Below the pieces are notes generated by a model. It made no database searches. It worked only from the letters and a program-made list of their open reading frames with translations, and had not been told where the DNA came from. The translations under genes were made by a program, and so were the position numbers. This document shows positions 1-4,498 of a DNA stretch of 4,966 bases, piece after piece. The DNA is from a virus (Duplodnaviria > Heunggongvirae > Uroviricota > Caudoviricetes): the IMG/VR virus record IMGVR_UViG_2529292747_000018. One strand, 5' to 3'. How positions within the stretch are numbered: position 1 is the stretch's first letter; each line of letters starts with the position of its first letter.

Positions 1-16
1 GTCTCCGGAATCCTTC

Positions 17-307
17 ATGAAACGACCTAAACGTCGCCGCTGGGTAAATGAGAAATACACACGCTGGGTAAAGACACAGCCGTGTGCGTGTTGTGGTAAG
101 CCAGCGGACGATCCTCATCATCTGATTGGTCATGGTCAGGGCGGAATGGGAACAAAATCCCACGATATTTTCACGCTACCGCTGTGTCGGGAGCATCACA
201 ACGAGCTTCATGCGGATCCGCTGGCGTTCGAAGAAAAGCATGGTTCCCAGGTTGATTTAATTTTTCGTTTTCTTGATCACGCCTTTGCGACTGGCGTGCT
301 CGGGTAA
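17..307 (+). CDS. Small Cys/His-rich nin-region protein, YbcO-like (DUF1364-type, HNH/zinc-finger-like putative nuclease)
   Basis: 96-aa ORF. CxCCG and HH...H...C..HH..H pattern (CACCGKPADDPHHLIGHGQ...LCREHHNELH) resembles a zinc-binding HNH-like fold. Same size and position (immediately upstream of rusA) as ybcO in DLP12-type prophages. ATG at 17 overlaps an upstream TGA (ATGA at 17-20), suggesting coupling to a gene cut by the window edge. Family assignment is from memory. Confidence 0.7.
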   Translation: MKRPKRRRWVNEKYTRWVKTQPCACCGKPADDPHHLIGHGQGGMGTKSHDIFTLPLCREHHNELHADPLAFEEKHGSQVDLIFRFLDHAFATGVLG

Positions 308-319
308 AAGAGGTGACTG

Positions 320-691
320 ATGCTCATAGATTTGGTTTTACCTTACCCGCCGACGGTGAACACCTACTGGCGACGTCGTGGCAGCACATATTTTGTATCA
401 AAAGCCGGTGAGCGTTATCGCCGGGCTGTGGCGCTTATTGTTCGCCAGCAGCGGCTGAAATTAAGCCTGTCCGGACGGCTGGCAATAAAAATTATTGCAG
501 AACCACCGGATAAGCGCCGCCGTGACCTGGACAACATTCTGAAAGCACCGCTGGATGCGCTGACGCATGCGGAAGTGCTCATTGATGACGAGCAGTTTGA
601 TGAAATCAATATTGTGCGCGGTCAGCCTGTGCCAGGTGGACGGCTGGGCGTGAAGATTTACGAAATCAGAGGTGGTAACGATGGCGCGTGA
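320..691 (+). CDS. rusA: RusA-family Holliday junction resolvase (crossover junction endodeoxyribonuclease)
   Basis: 123-aa ORF with GAGG Shine-Dalgarno 6 nt upstream. Contains RRRDLDN with the conserved catalytic Asp residues of RusA, plus LPxPP...N.Y.R N-terminal and GGRL C-terminal features. Sits in the nin region just before Q. Confidence 0.9.
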   Translation: MLIDLVLPYPPTVNTYWRRRGSTYFVSKAGERYRRAVALIVRQQRLKLSLSGRLAIKIIAEPPDKRRRDLDNILKAPLDALTHAEVLIDDEQFDEINIVRGQPVPGGRLGVKIYEIRGGNDGA

Positions 692-1052
692 TATCCAGAT
701 GGTTCTTGAGCGATGGGGGGCATGGGCAGCAAATAATCATGAAGATGTAACATGGCCCTCGATAGCTGCTGGTTTTAAAGGATTAATCCCGACTAAAGTG
801 AAATCACGTCCTAAGTGTTCTGATGATGACGCCATGATAATTTGTGGTTGTATGGCACGATTAAACAAGAATAATCAGTATTTGCACGATTTGTTGGTGG
901 ATTATTACGTAGGTGGAATGACATTTATGGCTCTTGCACGTAAGCATAGATGTTCTGATGGGCTTATTGGTAAAAGGCTTTATAAAGCGGAAGGTATTAT
1001 TGAAGGAATGCTTATGGCTCTGAATGTCCGGTTAGATATGGATATGCGGTAG
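681..1052 (+). CDS. Q: Late-gene antiterminator Q, phage 21/82-type (QuuD-like)
   Basis: Protein [25 protein letters not shown]...CGCMARL...[10 protein letters not shown] matches the recalled N-terminus of DLP12 QuuD and 82-type Q proteins. ATG at 681 is preferred over the GTG at 672 given by the ORF track. Overlaps the rusA stop by 11 nt. Stop TAG at 1050-1052. Confidence 0.85.
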   Translation: MARDIQMVLERWGAWAANNHEDVTWPSIAAGFKGLIPTKVKSRPKCSDDDAMIICGCMARLNKNNQYLHDLLVDYYVGGMTFMALARKHRCSDGLIGKRLYKAEGIIEGMLMALNVRLDMDMR

Positions 1053-1143
1053 GGATATATAGTGATGAGGGTTATGTTTTCTGTGTTTATAATTAACATG
1101 TTTATTTTTTGATGGTCATGTATTGTGGAAGGTAGATAAAATG

Positions 1144-1172
1144 TTGCCTGGTGAATTGAAAATATTGATAAT
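1144..1172 (+). promoter_or_regulatory. Candidate sigma70 promoter for the CPBP gene (TTGCCT-N17-GATAAT)
   Basis: -35-like TTGCCT at 1144-1149, 17-nt spacer, -10-like GATAAT at 1167-1172, in an AT-rich stretch about 30 nt upstream of the CPBP Shine-Dalgarno. Pattern match only. Could alternatively be part of the Q-dependent late promoter. Confidence 0.3.
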
Positions 1173-1203
1173 CAATCTTCATCATTAAATAAAAGGAGTG
1201 CTT

Positions 1204-2022
1204 ATGTGGATTGTGTTAGTACTGTCACTGTCAACTCTCAGTTGGCATAAGGTAGTGGCTTTTTCATTGTTGACGGTGTCTGTTGTCCTGGCTGTGCTTA
1301 ATGATATTATTGATTGGTCGGTGTTATTTTTTGTTGCTACAATCGTTTTTTTTATTATTTTGAAGTTCAACTGGAAATATAACGCCTGGGCTAAATCTAT
1401 ATATGAAGTTGGCATAGTTTTATCAGCCATAGCATTATTTTTCCATCTATGGCCAGGGTTTCACAATCCTGTAGTGCTAAATTCTGTTACTGTTGGCCCT
1501 CAAAGTACTCCCTATACAATGTATTTTAATTTTGATAAAGCGCTGGTGCCATTTTTGTTAGTCCTGTGTACATCTTCTTTGTTTAAAAAAGAAGTAAAAT
1601 CAGAAGTGTCTTTGTGGAAGTGGGGGGCTCTGTCGCTCTCTGTTCCTCTTATCCTGTTTTTGGCTGTTTTTTTTGGTGGATTAAAGCCAGAGATTCATTT
1701 TCCTGAGTGGTTGCCAGAGTTTATATTGGCTAATTTGTTTTTTGTGTCTCTGGCAGAGGAATCATTATTTAGAGGGTATATTCAATCACGGCTATCAGAA
1801 GTAACGTCTCCATTGGTTGCATTAATTGTGGCGGCTTTGTTGTTTGGTTTTTATCACTATTCAGGTGGTGCTTTACTTGTATTATTTGCCACGTTATCTG
1901 GTGTTGTGTATGGATTGTCATGGATGTGGAGTGGGCGTTTGTGGGTTGCCACCCTTTTCCATTTTGGTTTGAATCTGTGTCACTTGTTATTCTTTACCTA
2001 TCCATTTTTAAAACATAATTGA
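1204..2022 (+). CDS. CPBP-family (CAAX protease / Abi, PF02517-like) polytopic membrane protein on an AT-rich moron
   Basis: 272 aa from ATG 1204, with AAGGAG Shine-Dalgarno at 1193-1198 and 5-nt spacing (the ORF-track GTG at 1198 lies inside the Shine-Dalgarno). Very hydrophobic with multiple predicted TM segments. Three CPBP motifs in canonical order and spacing: EExxxR (EESLFR, 1756-1773), FxxxH (FGFYH, 1843-1857), HxxxN (HFGLN, 1960-1974). Visibly AT-rich relative to the flanking phage genes. Confidence 0.8.
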   Translation: MWIVLVLSLSTLSWHKVVAFSLLTVSVVLAVLNDIIDWSVLFFVATIVFFIILKFNWKYNAWAKSIYEVGIVLSAIALFFHLWPGFHNPVVLNSVTVGPQSTPYTMYFNFDKALVPFLLVLCTSSLFKKEVKSEVSLWKWGALSLSVPLILFLAVFFGGLKPEIHFPEWLPEFILANLFFVSLAEESLFRGYIQSRLSEVTSPLVALIVAALLFGFYHYSGGALLVLFATLSGVVYGLSWMWSGRLWVATLFHFGLNLCHLLFFTYPFLKHN

Positions 2023-2074
2023 TTTTTTCTATGGTTTTAAATTTATAAGACTGAAAAATAGCAGGACGTGACAT

Positions 2075-2116
2075 TTGCATGAAAAATATGCACGGCAAAG
2101 CATTTACGTACGTAAA
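2075..2116 (+). promoter_or_regulatory. Promoter-like region with a perfect 14-bp palindrome TTTACGTACGTAAA (2103-2116); candidate late promoter or operator
   Basis: TTGCAT at 2075-2080 with a weak -10-like AAGCAT 17 nt downstream. Alternative TTTACG-N16-TATGCT at 2103-2130. The palindrome is perfect and overlaps these elements. An intrinsic terminator follows 50-75 nt downstream. Exact promoter position is uncertain. Confidence 0.25.
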
Positions 2117-2163
2117 AAATCAGGTATGCTGTTAAGAGTGGTTATTTCGCCGCATAGCTTGAC

Positions 2164-2185
2164 CCCGCCTCTGAGCGGGTTTTTT
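2164..2185 (+). terminator. Intrinsic terminator-like hairpin (CCCGC-CTCTGA-GCGGG) followed by T6
   Basis: 5-bp all-GC stem at 2164-2168 and 2175-2179, 6-nt loop, then TTTTTT at 2180-2185. Lies downstream of the CPBP gene and the promoter-like region. Confidence 0.5.
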
Positions 2186-2308
2186 GTGCCCGCAAAGTAG
2201 CGCAGTGCGTTAAATGTGCTGGTAGTTATTAATACAGGTCTTTCAGCTTGCTGGCTTTTTCGACAAGAGTTATTGGTGTGTCACGTTAACCGGAAAGGGT
2301 AAAAAGAC

Positions 2309-2671
2309 ATGCTGAAACAGCAGGATATGACAGAAACCGCCAGAGTTGTGTTTGATGAATTAAGCGTCACCGAACCGGCGACGGTCGGGGAGATTGCGCA
2401 GAATACGTACCTTTCACGCGAGCGCTGCCAGTTAATACTGACCCAGCTGGTTATGCGGGTCTGGCAGACTATCAGTTCGGTTGTTACAGACGCCTTCAGT
2501 CCTGAAGGCTTTTTTATTTGTGGTAAATGGGCGGCTGGTGGGTGTAAGGGGCACCCACCAGCCATCTGCTCATGCGTTGGGTTCACAAGCAAACCTCAGG
2601 CCCACTGCTTTGCGCAAAAGCAGAATGAGCCTATCAGAGACAGGCTTAATGATCCATGCTTAATACTGTAA
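2309..2671 (+). CDS. Hypothetical small protein; N-terminal ~60 aa plausibly coding, C-terminal half doubtful
   Basis: 120-aa ORF with a weak ribosome-binding site. The N-terminal part (TARVVFDELSVTEPATVGEIAQNTYLSRERCQLILTQL) looks like a small helical or HTH-like protein. The rest is translated through a textbook intrinsic terminator (2492-2519) and a perfect 12-bp hairpin (2533-2563), which argues against genuine coding. Confidence 0.25.
   Translation: MLKQQDMTETARVVFDELSVTEPATVGEIAQNTYLSRERCQLILTQLVMRVWQTISSVVTDAFSPEGFFICGKWAAGGCKGHPPAICSCVGFTSKPQAHCFAQKQNEPIRDRLNDPCLIL
2492..2519 (+). terminator. Strong intrinsic terminator (GCCTTCA-GTCC-TGAAGGC followed by TTTTTTATTT)
   Basis: Perfect 7-bp stem at 2492-2498 and 2503-2509, 4-nt loop, then a T-run at 2510-2519. 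Candidate for the Q-antiterminated late terminator tR' or an attenuator upstream of the methyltransferase. Confidence 0.6.
2533..2563. repeat. Perfect 12-bp inverted repeat GGCTGGTGGGTG / CACCCACCAGCC with 7-nt spacer
   Basis: Arms at 2533-2544 and 2552-2563 are exact reverse complements. No flanking U-run on either strand, so it is not a classical terminator. Stable RNA hairpin or protein-binding site. Confidence 0.6.
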
Positions 2672-3378
2672 AAATATCCAGTTGTGAGTTAATCAACGCC
2701 GACTGCCTGGAATTTATGCGGTCGTTACCCGAAAATTCTGTTGACCTGATAGTCACGGACCCGCCGTACTTCAAAGTGAAACCCGAGGGCTGGGATAACC
2801 AGTGGGCGGGTGATGAAGATTACCTGAAGTGGCTGGACCAGTGTCTTGCGCAGTTCTGGCGGGTGCTGAAACCTGCCGGAAGTCTTTACCTGTTCTGTGG
2901 CCATCGTCTGGCATCTGACACCGAAATCATGATGCGTGAGCGGTTTAACGTGCTGAACCATATCATCTGGGCAAAGCCGTCCGGACGCTGGAACGGGTGC
3001 AACAAGGAAAGCCTGCGGGCGTATTTCCCCGCCACAGAGCGCATTCTGTTCGCAGAGCATTATCAGGGGCCGTATCGTCCGAAAGATGCCGGGTATGAGG
3101 CGAAGGGTAGGACACTGAAACAGCATGTGATGGCCCCGCTGATTGCTTACTTTCGTGATGCGCGCGCTGTCCTGGGGATAACGGCAAAACAGATTGCAGA
3201 TGCCACAGGAAAGAAAAACATGGTGTCGCACTGGTTCAGTGCCGGTCAGTGGCAGCTGCCGAACGAAAGCGATTATCTGAAATTACAGGCACTGTTTGCC
3301 CGGGTGGCAGAAGAGAAGCATCAGCGGGGTGAACTGGAAAGCCCCACCACCAGCTGGTGGATACGTATGCCTCTCTGA
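2656..3378 (+). CDS. DNA methyltransferase (PF01555-like, beta-class N6-adenine/N4-cytosine), N-terminal fragment with DPPY motif; frame-split from the downstream part
   Basis: N-terminus LINADCLEFMRSLPENSVDLIVTDPPY carries catalytic motif IV (DPPY) in the arrangement typical of phage and ParB-linked amino-methyltransferases. The ORF ends at TGA 3376-3378 while the family's SAM-binding motif lies in the next ORF in another frame. Confidence 0.8.
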   Translation: MLNTVKISSCELINADCLEFMRSLPENSVDLIVTDPPYFKVKPEGWDNQWAGDEDYLKWLDQCLAQFWRVLKPAGSLYLFCGHRLASDTEIMMRERFNVLNHIIWAKPSGRWNGCNKESLRAYFPATERILFAEHYQGPYRPKDAGYEAKGRTLKQHVMAPLIAYFRDARAVLGITAKQIADATGKKNMVSHWFSAGQWQLPNESDYLKLQALFARVAEEKHQRGELESPTTSWWIRMPL

Positions 3379-3713
3379 ACCGACAGTATGCGGAGCTGCA
3401 GAGTGAATATAAGCATCTGCGGCGGTATTTCGGTGTGACGGTGCAGGTGCCGTACACCGATGTGTGGACGTATAAACCGGTGCAGTACTATCCAGGGAAA
3501 CATCCGTGCGAAAAACCGGCAGAAATGTTGCAGCAGATAATCAGCGCAAGCAGTCGTCCGGGAGACCTGGTTGCAGATTTCTTCATGGGGTCGGGGTCGA
3601 CAGTGAAAGCAGCGATGGCGCTGGGACGTCGTGCAACTGGCGTTGAACTGGAGACTGAACGTTTTGAGCAGACGGTGCGGGAAGTACAGGATTTAATCAT
3701 TCGTAACGGATGA
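3357..3713 (+). CDS. DNA methyltransferase C-terminal fragment (HPxxKP and FxGSGST SAM-binding motif I), same gene as 2656-3378 in a different frame
   Basis: Contains KHPCEKP and DFFMGSGSTVKAAMALGRR, the canonical C-terminal PF01555 signatures. The reading frame is open upstream of the annotated GTG start back to 3333 and overlaps the end of the N-terminal fragment, implying a single gene interrupted by a 1-nt indel or slip. Confidence 0.75.
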   Translation: MDTYASLNRQYAELQSEYKHLRRYFGVTVQVPYTDVWTYKPVQYYPGKHPCEKPAEMLQQIISASSRPGDLVADFFMGSGSTVKAAMALGRRATGVELETERFEQTVREVQDLIIRNG

Positions 3714-3753
3714 GATTGCGGAGTTAATCATGCGTCGTTATTATTCAGCAATC

Positions 3754-3829
3754 GGCCCTTTAGCTCAGCGGTGAGAGCGAGCGACTCATAATCGCCAGGT
3801 CGCTGGTTCAAATCCAGCAAGGGCCACCA
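3754..3829 (+). tRNA. tRNA-Ile2 (anticodon CAU, lysidine-type, AUA-decoding), ileX/ileZ-like
   Basis: 76 nt with cloverleaf: acceptor GGCCCTT/AAGGGCC, D-arm GCTC/GAGC, anticodon loop CTCATAA, T-arm GCTGG-TTCAAAT-CCAGC, 3' ACCA. Near-identical in layout to recalled E. coli ileX. The CAU anticodon could formally be Met, but similarity to ileX favours Ile2. Confidence 0.85.
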
Positions 3830-3830
3830 A

Positions 3831-3896
3831 CCGCCACTAGCTCATCAGGAAAGAACGTCACCCTGTGCGAGATTCGGAGTCCCCGGTGGCGGTCCA
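3831..3896 (+). other. Degenerate tRNA-like remnant (possible decayed argN-like tRNA)
   Basis: Perfect 7-bp acceptor-like pairing CCGCCAC (3831-3837) with GTGGCGG (3886-3892), followed by T-CCA, plus a D-arm-like TAGCTCA start and a T-loop-like TTCGGAGTCC. No foldable anticodon arm and only 66 nt long. Confidence 0.3.
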
Positions 3897-3909
3897 TTAT
3901 CGGTATTCT

Positions 3910-3986
3910 GCGTTGTTAGCTCAGCCGGACAGAGCAATTGCCTTCTAAGCAATCGGTCACTGGTCCGAATCCAGTACAACGCGCCA
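3910..3986 (+). tRNA. tRNA-Arg (anticodon UCU, AGA-decoding), argO/argU-like
   Basis: 77 nt: acceptor GCGTTGT/ACAACGC (perfect), D-arm GCTC/GAGC, anticodon stem ATTGC/GCAAT with loop CTTCTAA, T-arm ACTGG-TCCGAAT-CCAGT, discriminator G plus CCA. T-loop reads TCC instead of the usual TTC. Confidence 0.8.
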
Positions 3987-4171
3987 CACCACACTTATCT
4001 GCCCTGACTCTCTTTTGCGGGCTTTTTATTACAGGAAAGACACCGGACAGTGAAATGTTAAATGCCTCACAATTCAGGCAGTTGAATGTTGCCTGACATG
4101 CTGAGCGTTTGTTAAAAAAATTTCGCATGGTGAATCCCCCTGTGCGGAGGGGCAATCAGCAACCAGGTATA

Positions 4172-4180
4172 TGTGATAAT
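4172..4180 (+). promoter_or_regulatory. Candidate extended -10 promoter element (TGtGATAAT)
   Basis: TG at 4172-4173 one nt upstream of GATAAT (4175-4180). No convincing -35. Would start a transcript about 95 nt upstream of the terminator at 4259-4283. Confidence 0.2.
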
Positions 4181-4258
4181 CGCGGATTCAGGTGCTGATA
4201 CTGAATTCACCGGGAGGCACCCGGCACCATGCAAGAAAAAGAATGTGCATGCAAACAT

Positions 4259-4283
4259 GCCCCTCTCCGGAGGGGCATTTTTT
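4259..4283 (+). terminator. Intrinsic terminator (GCCCCTC-TCCG-GAGGGGC followed by ATTTTTT)
   Basis: Perfect 7-bp GC-rich stem at 4259-4265 and 4270-4276, 4-nt loop, then a T-run at 4278-4283. Confidence 0.6.
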
Positions 4284-4289
4284 ATGGGT

Positions 4290-4314
4290 AAAAAATGCCC
4301 GAATGGGTTCGGGC
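4290..4314 (-). terminator. Possible minus-strand intrinsic terminator (hairpin GCCCGAA-TGGG-TTCGGGC with adjacent A-run on + strand)
   Basis: Perfect 7-bp stem at 4297-4303 and 4308-4314. On the minus strand it is followed by a U-run (complement of A6 at 4290-4295). Together with 4259-4283 it forms a back-to-back terminator pair. No obvious minus-strand gene to terminate, so function is uncertain. Confidence 0.3.
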
Positions 4315-4375
4315 AATAGCATGAGATACTGATATTGTTGTGTTGTTATCGTGTGGATTTTAACCAGGGTTTATC

Positions 4376-4402
4376 AGGCTGCGCAACTGCGTGGCCTTTT
4401 TT
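4376..4402 (+). terminator. Intrinsic terminator-like hairpin (AGGCTGCGCA / TGCGTGGCCT with two G-U pairs) followed by T6
   Basis: 10-bp stem at 4376-4385 and 4388-4397 with a very short loop, followed by TTTTTT at 4397-4402 and a T-rich tail. Confidence 0.5.
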
Positions 4403-4410
4403 CATTTCTT

Positions 4411-4455
4411 GGGCTGTAGTCCCCGTGTGTCATTCAGGCTTCCGGACTACAGCCC
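4411..4455. repeat. Perfect 12-bp inverted repeat GGGCTGTAGTCC / GGACTACAGCCC with 21-nt spacer, just upstream of the nanS-p ribosome-binding site
   Basis: Arms at 4411-4422 and 4444-4455 are exact reverse complements. Located about 35 nt upstream of the GGGAGG Shine-Dalgarno of the downstream esterase gene. Confidence 0.6.
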
Positions 4456-4498
4456 ACTCCATATCTGATTTAATACACTATCCCGGCCGGGAGGAATA

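Noticed and set aside
415-609. Minus-strand 64-aa ORF
   Set aside because: Antisense and internal to rusA; Ser/Arg-rich low-complexity translation.
1088-1093. Perfect TATAAT hexamer downstream of Q
   Set aside because: No acceptable -35 element or TG extension at the right spacing. In AT-rich DNA such hexamers occur by chance, so it was not annotated as a promoter.
1185-1430. Minus-strand 81-aa ORF
   Set aside because: Antisense to the 5' end of the CPBP gene in AT-rich DNA where long spurious ORFs are expected. The + strand gene has a strong Shine-Dalgarno and family motifs.
2281-2663. ORFs 2281-2592 (minus) and 2481-2663 (plus)
   Set aside because: Overlap each other and the terminator and hairpin structures at 2492-2563; low-complexity translations with no start context. 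Treated as artefacts of a structured non-coding region.
2725-3700. Minus-strand ORFs from the six-frame track (2725-3231, 2963-3187, 3236-3457, 3321-3503, 3488-3700)
   Set aside because: All lie antisense to the methyltransferase, whose + strand frames carry clear catalytic and SAM-binding motifs. The antisense translations are Arg/Ser/Cys/Pro-rich with no recognisable motifs, typical of shadow ORFs in GC-balanced coding DNA.
3999-4027. Possible terminator right after tRNA-Arg (GCCC...GGGC followed by TTTTT)
   Set aside because: Only a 4-bp stem with a 14-nt loop can be drawn, too weak to call despite the T-run.
3916-4155. Minus-strand 79-aa ORF
   Set aside because: Overlaps the well-formed tRNA-Arg gene on the opposite strand and the structured non-coding region. 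No ribosome-binding site and an implausible composition.
3987-4498. Shiga toxin A/B subunit genes at the expected Stx-phage position
   Set aside because: Searched both strands between tRNA-Arg and nanS-p: no + strand ORF longer than about 20 codons and nothing resembling the stxA or stxB N-terminal signal peptides, so stx is not present.
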